NCBI RefSeq assembly: GCF_009914755.1
Contig: NC_060928.1
DNA from: the human T2T-CHM13v2.0 reference genome, Homo sapiens
Length of the DNA stretch: 64,000 bases
Strand: one strand, 5' to 3'
Below the pieces are notes generated by a model. The model made no database searches. It was not told where the DNA came from and saw only the letters and a program-made list of their open reading frames with translations. Of this stretch, positions 18,646 through 36,065 are shown one piece after another. The position numbers and the translations under genes are program-made. The number at the start of each line of letters is the position of its first letter. Position 1 is the first letter of the stretch.

Positions 18646-18913
18646 TGGAAGACATTTTTAAACACAAGAGTACTGAGGAGCAATTTATGCCACCATGCAG
18701 TACAGTGTGTCTTTTAAAGAATGCCGCGGTAGCTATGCAATTTGAGGAGTAAAAGCAGTTATGCAATTTGAGGAGTAACTAAATCCAATAATTGCTAATG
18801 CTAGTAATGCATTTTATTAAACTACATAAATACTTAATAAAACAGTAGTGCTGTTGGATTATCCAACAAGTAGATCAATGAAACAAAATGTATTGAATGA
18901 AATTGAGTACGTT

Positions 18914-19225
<312 letters not shown>

Positions 19226-19450
19226 ATTGAGAATCTAATATGTTCCAGGCAGTGGGCACTACAGAACCTATGTTTGTATGTGGTTCCTGCCTGTGAGGTT
19301 ACGCTATAGTGGAGACTGACCCTCAGTGACACTGCAGTTACTAATGATTAGAGTGACAGGGAGTTGGGGGAGGTGTGATGGGTTAATTGGTGTCCCCCAA
19401 AAAGATCTGTGCACCTGAGACCTGTGAATGTGGCCTCATAGAGAGTCCTT

Positions 19451-19735
19451 GCTGGGTGCAGTGTCTCACACCTGTAATCCCAATACGTGGGGAGGCCAAG
19501 GATAGCTTGGGCCCAGGAGTTTGAGACCAGCCTGGGCAACATAGCAAGACTCTATCTCTAAAAAAAAAAAATAAGAAAAAAATTAGCTGGGCATGGTGGT
19601 GCACACCCATAGACCCAGTCACTTGGGAGGCTGAGGTGGGAGGATCACGGCTGCAGTGAGCCATGATTATGCCACTGCACTCCAGCCTGGGCAACAAAGT
19701 GAGACCCTGTCTCAAATAAAATAAAAAAGAGAAAG
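19451..19735 (+). mobile_element. AluJ-like with internal deletions
   Basis: GGGCAACATAGCAAGAC and GGAGGATCAC J-type features. Confidence 0.8.
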
Positions 19736-19916
19736 AAACACTGAGTGTGCCTAAGCCCCTTGAGTGTGTATTCTGTCATGCCTTTCCCTCTAGAAGATAA
19801 AATTTGATAGTAGAATTGTTATAGATTTCCATCCTTGGATAAAATACCCAGAGATGTGCCTCGTCCCTCTGGGGCCAAGCCCGGAACAGAAGGCACAGCC
19901 TCCCGACTCTCCCTAG

Positions 19917-20092
19917 ACCAGAGTTTCTCAGAGTATGATAAACACAGCACCTGAAAGCATACATTAAGGTTTAAAATCCAAGGCCCTTGCCCAGATTTCC
20001 TGAATCAGAGTCTGCTGGGGTAGGGCCCAGGAGTATGCATTTTGAAAGACTGTCTCATGTATTTGGACACACACTTAAATTTGAAAACCACT
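19917..20092. mobile_element. MER5A-like hAT-Charlie element
   Basis: CAGAGTTTCTCA...GAATCAGAGTCTGCTGGGGTAGGGCCCAGGA...TTGAAAACCACTG. Confidence 0.7.
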
Positions 20093-20259
20093 GCATTCAC
20101 GCATCTATGACACCCCTTCTCAGCTCTAAAGCATCTGACCTACATTGCATTCTTGGCTCTGTTCCCGCCTATCAACTGAGCCTCCAACTACCTATCTAGA
20201 AAATAGAGAAAAATTTTATCTGCCGCTAGGTACTTGTCTAGCAGTCTTCGAAATCCTGA

Positions 20260-20745
<486 letters not shown>

Positions 20746-22186
20746 TGATAAGTTTCAACGGCTTCAGATGTCTCTTTTTTTCCCTTTCCTTGAAATAATC
20801 TGAATCAAATCCGGAGACTGCCCTCAGGCCCAGCTGAGCTCTGAGGAGTCTGAGCTAGTCGTCTCCAAAGGACTCATAGCCAATCTCGGAAACCAGTTAC
20901 TCCACAGGAAAGCCCGTCTACCTCCCAGCACCTCAGGGGCCCACAGCGCAAGCAGGTGAGCTGGCTGGACGATCGAGTTCCTGCTCAGTACATGGGATTA
21001 TTCGCTTAACACTCCAGCAGCTCCACGAGCTGGGGTTCATTATTTTCATTTTTGAAACAGGAACAATGAGGCTCAGAGAAGTTAGGTAGCAGAAAGTCAC
21101 ACGACTGGTGAAGTGGCATCGTTGTGATTTGTGGCCGATAGCATCCTGTCTGTGACAGGAGGCACACTCTGGCACTGCCCCAGGCTCCAGCCAGGTCATC
21201 ACCGTGATGAGCACTGGCTCCTGCCGGGCCTGCAGCCTCAGGGAAGGTGCTCCACAAACATTTGGTGAAAGCATGATACCTCTACCTAGGAGTGGTTACC
21301 TGCCCCTGAACTTGAGCTTCCTTCTCTCTCACAGGCTGCCTGACCCCAGAATGTCCTCCCTGAAACTATCCATCCTGCAAGCCCCACTCCTCTGTCCCAC
21401 TATCTGATGGGACCCTATTTGTATTGGAAACCCCCTCCATTTCCCCACCAACTGCTTGGCTGTGATACCAGCGGTTTTCCAGGCAGGTGGGTTCCAAATA
21501 TTTAGTTTGCTGGACTGAATTTCCCTGTGGTCCCTACAAGTGAAGATTTGTCGTTTTTCGAGGGCCTGACCCATCTCAGCGTGAGGGTCTTTGTCAAGGG
21601 CTGGGCCTATTCCTCCCACCATTTGACTGTGGCTAAACATCCTAGGCCCAGTTACATTCTCAGACAGGACAAGGTGCTGGATGGCTGACACCTGTGCAGG
21701 GACTTACTGCCTGTGCAGGGACAGAGATCACCAGGCTTCCGAGATTCTGTATTCCTTTCCTCCTGGCAATCCCATTAAAGTTATTACAAGTAATAAAATA
21801 GCACTAATCCCACAATACCAATGATACAGAGGCGCATTCAGCAGGCTAGGTATTTCAACACATTTAGAGAAGATGGGAAGGGTCTGAAGCGATGCAGGGA
21901 AAGCTGCCCTCCAGAGGGGGCATGTGGCTGAGCAGACGGCTGACCTGCCGGGCACAGCGCCAGAAGCCCCAGGTATACACAGCTCAGGTATGACAGGGGC
22001 AGGAGGTGAGAGGAGAGTGAAATAATGAAATGCAATGGAACATATACATATATATGTATATTTTATTTTCTTACAAACGTCACACATGCTTCTGTAAAGA
22101 TTCAATTACTGCTGGAATGCCTAAAGTAAAATGAGTCATCTTTGCCTGTCACCCTCCAATAGTTGGAATGTACTTCCTTGGCATAA

Positions 22187-22502
<316 letters not shown>

Positions 22503-22625
22503 TACTGTTAACACTTTTTTTTTATCTCTATCCCTGAATTTTAGTTTATTTTTTGAAACACATGTAAACACGTGCATTTGTAGATTTTTAAAACATAAAA
22601 TGGGATCACACTATATGTTTTAAAA

Positions 22626-23478
22626 TGTAGGTTTCATTATTATTCAGGTAGGGTGAGGCCAACTAATCAGGAAACAACTGCCATTAAAAACACAGTTTTG
22701 GCCAGGCCCGGTAGCATGTGCCTCTAATCCCAGTACTTCGGGAGGCCAAGGTAGGAGGATCACTTCAGGCCAGGAGTTTTAGACAAGCCTGGGCAACATA
22801 TTGAGACTTCATATCTACAATAATAAAAATGAAAATAATTAGCCAAGCATGGTGGTGCACACCTGAGTCCCAGCTATTCAGGAGGCTGAGACAGGGGAAT
22901 CACTTGAGCCAGGATTTGGAGGCTGCAGTGAGCTATGATTGTGCCACTGCACTCCAGCATGGGTGACAGCGCGACAGCCTGTCTGTCTCCAAAGAAAAGA
23001 GATAGTTTATTACTCCCATTTCCCAAGAGGAAGGGAGACACTATACCAGGCAGGGCCACTTGGGGAGGTGCCAGGGTCAATCAGGAGGCAGCAGGAGTGA
23101 GGGGAAAGGCTGGCCAAGAGCCTCTATTGTGGTTTTCCTGGGAAGAAATGGGCAAGGCAGGCTCAGCAGGACAGGCAGGTACGGGAGTGTTTAGTCTGAA
23201 TAACGGATGTAGGCACTACCCTAGTTGCTTGTGCCTGGCCCTGGTGTGATTAGAGCAGAGAGACAGTGGCCAAATCTGGGAGAGGTCAGTAAAGGAGGGA
23301 GGTGGCAGGGATGGGCTCTGGATTCATAAAAATGCAAAGTGCACTCCTAGGGGAGTCATTTGCTGTTGTAGGAACTAGCCAGCCCTGGGAGGGTTGGTTT
23401 CTCCAGGATCAGCGACACCTTAAGATGCCAGATTAGCAAGAGTACAGAAAATTTAAAAATAAAAATAAAAGGTTAATG
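22626..23478 (-). mobile_element. MER74/MER73-like ERVL LTR, with an AluJ inserted at about 22700-23000
   Basis: GGTGAGGCCAAC...AGTTTATTACTC...CCCTAGTTG...GGCCCTGGTGTGATTAG resemble a recalled MER74-group consensus. Confidence 0.5.
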
Positions 23479-23503
23479 TGGCATATCTCTAACTTTTAAG
23501 CTA

Positions 23504-23866
<363 letters not shown>

Positions 23867-24133
23867 TTAATAACTTCATCATATCCCATAATTTGGATGT
23901 TCCCCATTTGAATGTGAATTCCATGAAGGGACAGTTTTGTCTCCTTTTATCCACTACTATACCCCAGAGTCTAGAATAGTGACAGATACAGGGTAGATGC
24001 TTAAAAATATCTGTCAAATGAACAAACAAATGGCCCACAATGGACTCAACCATTGCCTTATCAACAGATATACACATTGTTATTTTTTGTTATTTCAGAC
24101 AACACTTCAATAAACCTATCTGTATCTACGTTT

Positions 24134-24455
24134 GTGCCTCAGTAACCATGGAGGATTGGTTCTACAATGCCCCACGTCAGATACCAAATTCCCTGATATA
24201 AAATGGCATAGTATTTCCATAGAACCTACACACATCCTCTTGTACAGTTTAAATCAACTCCGGACTATTTATAATACCTAATGCAATGTAAATGCTATAT
24301 AAATTACTGTTATACTGTTTTGTTCAGGGAATAATGACAAGAAAAAAATCTGTATATGTTCAGTTCAGACACAATCACCATTAAAAAAAAAAAAACTCCA
24401 TCTGAGGTTGGTAGAATCCATGGATGCAGAATCCAGGGATATGGAGGGCCAACCC
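24134..24455. mobile_element. MER2 DNA transposon
   Basis: CCTCAGTAACCATGGAGGATTGGTTC...ATAATACCTAATGCAATGTAAATGC...GGATATGGAGGGCCAAC. Confidence 0.75.
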
Positions 24456-24557
24456 TCAATCTTTATGCACTCGAATTAGTTAGGACTGGGCTTGGAGAGT
24501 AAAAGAATGACCCAAATAATTGTGGCTTAGCCAAGACAGATTTTTTAAATATTTGCA

Positions 24558-25345
24558 TTCATTTATTTTTATTTCAATAGTTTTAGGGGTACCAGTGGTT
24601 TTTGGTTATGCGGATGAATTGTGTAGTGGTGGAGTCTGAGTTTTTAGTGCACCCTTCCCAGGAATAGTGTACATTGTACCCAACAGGTGATTCCTTATTC
24701 CTCACCCCCTCCCCCCCTCCCCCTCCTGTGTCCTCAGTGTCCGTCATACCACTCTGTATGCCTTTGCAGACCCATAGCTTAGCTCCCACTTATAAGCGAG
24801 AACATCTGGTACTTGGTTTTCCATTTTGGAGCTGCTTCACTTAGGATACTGGCCTCTAGTTCCATCCAAAGTGCTGCAAAAGACATGATTTCACTCTTTT
24901 TTACGGCCGAGTAGTATTCCATGGTATACATATACCACATTTTCTGTATTCATTCATTGGTCAGTGGGTCCCTGGGTTGGTTTGATATCATTGCAACTGT
25001 GAATTGTGCTGCAGTAAACATATGCATGCAAGTGTCTTTTGACATAATGACTTATTTTTCTTTGGGTTGATGCCCAGTAGTGGGATTGCTGGATTGAATG
25101 GTAGGTTGGTCTACTTTTAGTTCCTTGAGAAATCTCCATACCGTTTTCCATAGAGGTTGTACTAATTTACATCCCCACCAATAGTGTCTAAGTGTTCCCT
25201 TTTCACCACATCTGTGCCAAATTCTTTCTTTAAAAACTTTTTAATAAGTGCCATTCTGACTGGAGTAAAATGGTATCTCACTGTGGTTTTCATTTGCATT
25301 TCCCTGATGATTGGTGATATTGAACATTTTTTTCACGTTTGTTGC
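24558..25345 (-). mobile_element. L1PB/L1MA 3' fragment
   Basis: Revcomp L1 3'UTR and ORF2 end (CTCCCACTTATAAGCGAGAACA, CCCAGTAGTGGGATTGCTGG, GGTATCTCACTGTGGTTTT). Confidence 0.85.
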
Positions 25346-25952
25346 CAAGATAGATATTTCACTGTCTTATGTTCAAGAAGTCTGGAGGAGGTCAGGTCAG
25401 AACTGATCTGGAGCTCCCTGGATTCGGGGCTCAAGCTCCTGCTACCTTGCCGTCTCTGCCCTTCACAGCTTCCACTCCGAAGTCCCCACATGGCCCATCT
25501 TGCTGCCAGAGCTCCAGCCAGCAGCCTGTATTACAGGAGGAAGAAAGAAACAAGTCCCAGGGAGCATTACTCCTCCTTTTAGAGGTTACTTCCTGGAAGC
25601 TGCTACTTCCAGGAAGTATATTGTATTGCCTAGAACGGCAGTGCAAGATCAAACCTAACTATAACGTGTGCTGGGAAATGACATTATTCCAGGTGACCAT
25701 TTGCCCAGCTCAGCATCATAGGTTCCTCTGTTACTGAGGAAGGCAGGGTGGATGGATATCAGAAAACATCTTGCTCTTATTTCTGTCAGATAAATTTCCA
25801 GAAGTAAAATTGCTATATTGAAAGGTACATGCATTTAAACATTTTTAATAAACACTGATAGATACTTTCAACAAAGGCTTCAGTAATTGAATCCCAGCAA
25901 CAGTGAATGAGAGGATCTATTTCCCTACTCACTAACATGGATGAGGGCAAGA

Positions 25953-27125
<1,173 letters not shown>

Positions 27126-27153
27126 TAGCTTTAACAAAAAAGGAGTTCACTGG

Positions 27154-27769
<616 letters not shown>

Positions 27770-27808
27770 GGATCATTAATGATACTATCTAAAACAGTAC
27801 TGCCCTAA

Positions 27809-28103
<295 letters not shown>

Positions 28104-28941
28104 CCTAATGTGTTCTTATTCTGTTCCTTTCTCCTTAATAGAACGTATCACTACCAGAATGATCTATAGGTCTACATGTCCATCCATGCGTGCATCCACC
28201 CATCCATGTACCCCACCCATCCACCCACCCACCTATCACTATGTCTTGATGTTTTCTTCACCAGAGCTTCACAAGGACCGAGACTTGTTCGCTGCTGAAT
28301 CCCGGTGCCTGCACAGAGCAGATGCTGAGGACTGACCCTCGCTCTCTCCATTTCTGGGTTCTGGAGCTACCTGCTCCTTCACGATTGCAATCCATGCTCT
28401 GCATTCTATGCATCCAAAGGATACACACATTCTTTTCCTGGTTGCTCCAGCAAAAGTCTCACAATTGGCTTTCAGTGGCCAGGCCTGGGTGACGTGTCCG
28501 CTGGATCCAGTGATTGGGGCCAGCCCCATACAGACCACAGGGACTGCCAGAGGGAAAGGAGCAGAATCCTGGGGAAATCAGGAACTGTTATCAGACGAAG
28601 GGGGACAAGAACACAAATCCATTCTCTTTGGTCAGCCTGCTTCAACCATTTAGGAAGAGGTCAAGGAAATGTATAGACACAGACACACTGAGGGCTGTAA
28701 GAATTCACATGTGACAAACGTTAACGGTGAAACAAACAGGAGAAAAGCACAACCACTCGGGCCACACCCTTCACCAAGGATTTCTTCTTTCGCAAATGTT
28801 CTAGGTGTTTGTTTTCTTTCTCACTGTGATCTCCTAAGTCCAGCTCTTGTCAATACACATTCCTTAATCTAATAAAAATGGTTTATTATTAATAGTAGCA
28901 GCATTTATCAAACATCCACAAAATGCTAGGCAAGATGCTGA

Positions 28942-29184
<243 letters not shown>

Positions 29185-30204
29185 TAGTCACCACTGTTGT
29201 CCCATTTTACAGATGAAGTAAGCAAGGCTCAGAAAGGTTAAGTAACTCCCTTGAGGTCAAACAGCTGGCATGGTGAGAAGGAGATCCTCGTAGGCTTGGA
29301 AGCTTTTCTCCATGGGCAGGGCAGAGCAGGCAGAGCAGGGCTGGCTTGACTGTGGGACAGCAGAGAGAAGGGACTCTTAAGACATAGGGCTGGGTAGGGT
29401 CTGCACCAAGAAGGACGGCTTTCTCAGCCCCCCAGGAGCAGGGGTTTACCGGCCAGAGGTTTACTGGCCTCAGGGGAGCTCAGGGCCTGGTCAGCAGACT
29501 CGAATGCAATCCCTTAGGAATGCATAGCGCCCCCCACTGCCTCTCTCCTCCCTTCTGAATCCAGAACTGTGAGAACGACCAGGAGAAATGGACTGAGCCC
29601 CAGGCCTGCACTTTGGAGAGGCCGCCATGGGTGTGATTTCCTTTGCACTGTTTGGGCCTCTGGCACTTCCTGCCAGGCAGGAGATTTCTTGAGACTTCAA
29701 AGGCGGCACACAAGAGGAGTGTTAAGCAGATTGAGCACTAATAAAGAACTAACGCCTAGAACAATCACAGCTTCCCTGTGATTCCTGAGAGTGAGGAAAG
29801 CACAAAGAAGAAATGAAAGTCTCTCGCTAACCCTGGGAGAAACTAAAACATCCAGGAGCAGATTCTATACTCAGTAATGTGACAGAGTTCACAAAAAGGT
29901 TATATTCACACTCGAAGCTACTGAGGCTCATGCTCAGCTTCATCGAGAGTGGTATCACCATACCCAGAAAAAAATGGCCTCCTATGGAAAAAGCTAACCT
30001 AATATCATGCATATTATTCTGGAACAAAATAAGTAGAATGATATACCTTATATTTCTACAGTGCTTTTACTTTTTAAGAATTTTAATACCACAGCAGCCA
30101 ACATTATCTTGTTGCTTTCTCACATTCCTTTATAAAAATTTTCTTTAGAATGTTCAAAATCACATTCTTGCTTCCAGAAAGTCGTAAGAATAAAATTGCA
30201 TTTC

Positions 30205-30560
<356 letters not shown>

Positions 30561-31101
30561 GAAATTGCATTTTTAAATGTAAAAGGCCCCAGAAGGAAGG
30601 AGACTAAATACAGTTCCCAAGCTCCACACAGCTCTCCCCATGGGCCTACGTGGGTCTCCATGCTGAAACCTCGGGGTGAGGGGGAGGCCAGGGGAGGGAG
30701 TCGCACAGCAGTGGCCAGTGTGGCTCTGAAGGAGGTGCTGCTATGTGGTTAAGACTTTTCATACTGTGGTATGTACAGTCTTGCGTTGTTTTCTTCTTGC
30801 CTTTTAAGCATTGTGAATTCCCCAAGTGAGTTTAACTGTAAATCAACTTGGATCCTGGATCCTTTCTTTGTATCCGACTAGGGGACTTCAAGTGGTAGTC
30901 CTGACTAGCCTTTTCTCTTCTGGAGACCAGGGCTCGTAGAAACAATACTGACCTGGAAATTGTGTTAGTCACTGCTAAATGGCCTCTCTGAGCCTCAATT
31001 TCCTAGTCTTTCCTAAATTTCCTAAAAACGAGGAAACAGCTTCAGTTACCCCCAAGGAACCTGCCTATAAAAGAATTCCATGAATCTATGATGTCATAAG
31101 A

Positions 31102-31599
31102 CAGCAGTCCCCCACTTTTTTGGCACCAGGGACCGGTTTCATGGAAGACACTTTTTCCATGGAAGGGGGGTCGGCGGGTGATTTCAGGATGATTCAAGCG
31201 CATGATGTTTGTTGCGCACTTTATTTCTATTATGATTACATTGTAATATATAATGAAATAATTATACACTTACCATAAGGTAGAATCAGTGGGATCCCTG
31301 AGTTTGTTTTCTACAACTAGATGGTCCCATCTGGGTGATGGGAGACAGTGACAGATCATCAGGCATTAGATTATCATAAGGAGCACACACCCCAGATCCC
31401 TCACATGCGCAGTTCACAGTAAGGTTCTCACTCCTGTGAGAATCCAACGCTCCTGTCTGATCTGACAGGAGGTGGAGCTCAGGTGGTCATGCGAGCAATG
31501 GGAAGTGGCCGTAAAGACAGATGAAGCTTTGCTCACTTGCCAGCTGCTCACCACCTGCCGTGTGGCCCAGGGTTGGAGGTAGTGGCGGGGGGACCCCTG
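31102..31599 (+). mobile_element. MER1A-like hAT-Charlie element
   Basis: CAGCAGTCCCC...GGCACCAGGGACCGGTTTCATGGAAGAC...GGGGACCCCTG. 8-bp TSD TCATAAGA/TTATAAGA. Confidence 0.85.
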
Positions 31600-31762
31600 T
31601 TATAAGAGAATTGAAATGTTTAGAACTGAGTAATTAGATTTGAATTACTTTCAGTTTTTTTCTAATAGTTCTTCCCCCAATCCCCCAATGGGTATATTAC
31701 ATCTCCTCTCTCTGAACCAGTAACTCAAGCATATATGATCTCTGTCTTGAAAGACAACCAAT

Positions 31763-32665
31763 TGAGAGGTGACAGCGTGCTGGCAGTCCTCAGAGCCCTC
31801 GCTTGCTCTCGGCGCCTCCTCTGCCTGGACTCCCACTTTGGCAGCACTTGAGGAGCCCTTCAGCCCACCGCTGCACTGTGGGAGCCCCTTTCTGGGCTGG
31901 CCAAGGCCAGAGCCCTCTCCCTCAGCTTGCAGGGAGGTGTGGAGGGAGAGGCGCCAGCGGGAACCGGGGCTGCGCGTGACGCTTGTGGGCCACCTGGAGT
32001 TCCGGGTGGGCGTGGGCTTGGCCCTGCCGGCCCGGGCAGTGAGGGGCTTAGCACCCGGGCCAGTGGCTGCGGAGGGTGTACTGGGTCCCCCAGCAGTGCC
32101 AGCCCACCGGCGCTGCGCTCGATTTCTCACCAGGCCTTGGCTGCCTTCCCTCGGGGCAGGGCTCAGGACCTGCAGCCCGCCATGCCTGAGCCTCCCACCC
32201 GCTCCATGGGCTCCTGTGCGGCCCAAGCCTCCCCAACGAGCACCGCCCCCTGCTCCACGGTGCCCAGTCCCATCAACAGCCCAAGGGCTGAGGAGTGCGA
32301 GCGCATGGCGTGGGACTGGCAGGCAGCTCCACCTGCAGCCCCAGTGCAGGATCCACTGGGTGAAGCCAGCTGGGCTCCTGAGTCTGGTGGGGACATGGAG
32401 AGTCTTTATGTCTAGCTCAGGGATTGTAAACACACCAATCGGCACCCTGTGTCTAGCTCAGGGTTTGTGAGTGCATCAATTGACACTCTGTATCTAGCTG
32501 CTCTGGTGGGGCCTTGGAGAACCTTTATGTCTAGCTCAGGGATTGTAAATACACCAATGGGCACTCTGTATCTAGCTCAAGGTTTGTAAACACACCAATC
32601 AGCACCCTGTGTTTAGCTCAAGGTTTGTGAGTGCACCAATCGACACTCTGTATCTAGTTGCTCTG

Positions 32666-32698
<33 letters not shown>

Positions 32699-33211
32699 CG
32701 GGGCCTTGGAGAACCTTTGTGTTGAAACTCTGTAGCTAACTAATCTAATTGGGATGTGCAGAACCTTTGTATCTAGCTCAGGGATTGTAAACGCACCAAT
32801 CAGCACCCTGTCAAAACATACCACTCGGCTCTACCAATCAGCAGGATGTGGGTGGGGTCAGATAAGAGAATAAAAGCAGGCTGCCCCAGCCAGCAGTGGC
32901 AACCCGCTGGGGTCCCCTTCCACACTGTGGAAGGTTTGTTCTTTCGCTCTTTGCAATAAATCTTGCTGCTGCTCACTCTTTGGGTCCACACTGCTTTTAC
33001 GAGCTGTAACACTCACCGTGAAGGTCTGCAGCTTCACTCCTGAGCCAGCTAGACCACGAGCCCACCAGAAGGAAGAAACTCCGAACACATCCGAACATCA
33101 GAAGGAACAAACTCCAGACGCGCCACCTTAAGAGCTGTAACACTCACCGCGAGGGTCGACGGCTTCATTCTTGAAGTCATTGAGACCAAGAACCCACCAA
33201 TTCCGGACACA
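31763..33211 (+). mobile_element. LTR12C (ERV9) solo LTR
   Basis: TGAGAGGTGACAGCGTGCTGGCAG...CCAATTCCGGACACA. 4-bp TSD CAAT at 31759-31762 and 33212-33215. Tandem CCAAT/TCTAGCT repeats, GATAAG and AATAAAAG at about 32861-32876. Confidence 0.95.
32667..32698. repeat. G32 homopolymer inside LTR12C
   Basis: 32 consecutive G where the sister repeat unit has GGTGGGG. Confidence 0.9.
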
Positions 33212-34232
33212 CAATGGTGATGCTAAGTCCACAATACTATGACCCAGGGCCACTGAGGCCAGGCCAGCACCCAGTGAGCAGCGGGACAGTCCACACACAT
33301 CAAGCTCCTCTCGTGAGTCTAAGCTGAAGCCTTCGGCCGCAGTGTATGACTCTACCTACTTGCTTACTAAAACGTGCCACCAGAGGTCTTCCCCCACGAT
33401 AAGAAGTAAATTCACAGCCTTGGGGGTGATATAACCGTGTTCTTTTCCCTTCCTTTCTGGTTCTAGTTTCAGCTGGCAGTGATAAAAGGAGTGTTCTCCT
33501 CCTCTTAAACTCTAGATTGGAAAAATAAATGAATGTGAATAGACATCCCCCACTCTCTTCATTCTGTATCAAAGCCCTGGGGAATCCATTTTTACCACAC
33601 TGAGTTTCACTGAAGTCAACCGCGTAAGCTCCTGCATTCATTTCCTGGAGACTTGGCATTGTGGAAATAATTGGATGGCACTGCCCTCTAACACTCCTTT
33701 CAGGAAACAGAGAAAATGTGCCTTTGCTAGTAGGTGGAGTGAAAACTCGTCTGAGTGCTGGTAGGTTTCACCCTGTGTTTTCAGTATTGTCTTGTCAAGA
33801 GCAGTTATTATCAAGTCCCAAATGAGCCTGGCAGTACAACCCTCAATGAGGTGTTTAAAACTGCCTTCTCTAGTGAGAAAGAAAACACTGCTTTTGTTCT
33901 CGTTTTTAAAATTGACTGCATAGTATTACCACTATCAATGAGGTGTTTAACATCAAAATTGTCTTCCCTCGTGGGAAGAAAAACATTTACTTTGTTTCCT
34001 TTCTTAAAATTAATTGAGGTTTTTAAAAACTTATCCTTATTCAACCAACAGTCGCATAAAGGGGAGAAGAGACGAAAATGGGATTTTAAAATATTGTCTT
34101 TGGTGGCCCATCAAAGATTGTCAGCACATTCTTCCTGTTTAGGCCACTTGCTGAGCACTTTTCTTCGCCTTTGCTTCATTTCTCCCCCATTATATTTTAT
34201 AACCTTGGCCTCATCGGTGCAGTCATTGGTAG

Positions 34233-34618
<386 letters not shown>

Positions 34619-35117
34619 TAGCTTGCAAATTTTCCACAAGGCTGCTCTATCTATTCTATAAGGTTAAAGAAATTGCTTATGAAAAGTTAAAAATCAGCCT
34701 GTAGTATTAATACCTAAGGGGGCTTTGGCAGATATGGCTAAGGATGCTCCTTCCCTCATTTCCTCAGGGGATTCCGGGGGCGGCTCTAACCTTTAAAACT
34801 GCCTCTGCCTGCTTCTGCCTCTGCTCCAGGCGTGGGAGTTCTATGGCCATTGCCTTTTACAAGATGCAGCAGAGAAGAGAAGGCAGGAGAAGCAATGCCC
34901 TGGCTTTTATGGGCATAATAACAGGTTTCGGAGGACAAATGAAGACCCAGGCTACCTCATATCCAGATAAGAAATTATCCAATGGAAAGGAAAACTTGAA
35001 GGGTGAGGAGGGAAGCTAGGGAATTCGACTGCTGGTATGGTTCCCAGAAGAGAGGCCCCTTGTCCTGCCTACCTGTACCTCCAAGGCCGAATTGCAACTG
35101 GCCAGCGGGGACGCGGC

Positions 35118-35157
35118 GGTGGGGTGGGGCGGGGGGGGGGGGGCGGGTGGTGCGGGG
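35118..35157 (+). other. G-quadruplex-forming G-rich tract
   Basis: GGTGGGGTGGGGC(G)13CGGGTGGTGCGGGG, at least 4 G-runs. Confidence 0.7.
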
Positions 35158-35670
35158 AGAAAGGGAAGCAGAGAGGTGGGGAAGGATGATGGCAATTTTA
35201 AAAGGTTTGGGGGACCCATGAGTAAGGTGGCCATGCCCATTCCCAGCAGAAGCCAGCGAAGCTGCAAGATCTGGAGCATCCATCCCTTCTCCCTGGCACG
35301 GCACAGAGGAGTAGACTAGAAATGACAGTGTGCCATGTGTGGGCAAGTGGACTGAGAGGGCCTCAGAGAGAACCTGTGCTCCCCAGCACAGTGCAGTAGG
35401 CGATGGAATGTTCACCCGTGCCTGAGAGGGGCATGAGCACAGCAGGGAGAGTCACCTGACCTAAAGAGGCGCTGCTACAGGGATGAGGAGGAAGCAGCAG
35501 TGGCCTTTGTGGGCCAAAACCTGGTGGGAAGATGGCTATTTCAGGGGATGCCTGGGAGCGCCTCACCTTGTCCCTGACCCTGCCTTTGTGCCTCAGCACT
35601 GTGTCAGCTCCCTGGAATGGATACTCAAATTCGTACAGAAGGAAGTAAAATCTTCAGGTGACTGAAATTA

Positions 35671-36065
<395 letters not shown>

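Noticed and set aside
18734-18778. 19-bp direct repeat TATGCAATTTGAGGAGTAA
   Set aside because: Ordinary slippage duplication with no sign of function
31651-32470. 264-aa and 233-aa ORFs
   Set aside because: GC-rich LTR12C U3 sequence lacking stops, no protein homology recognised
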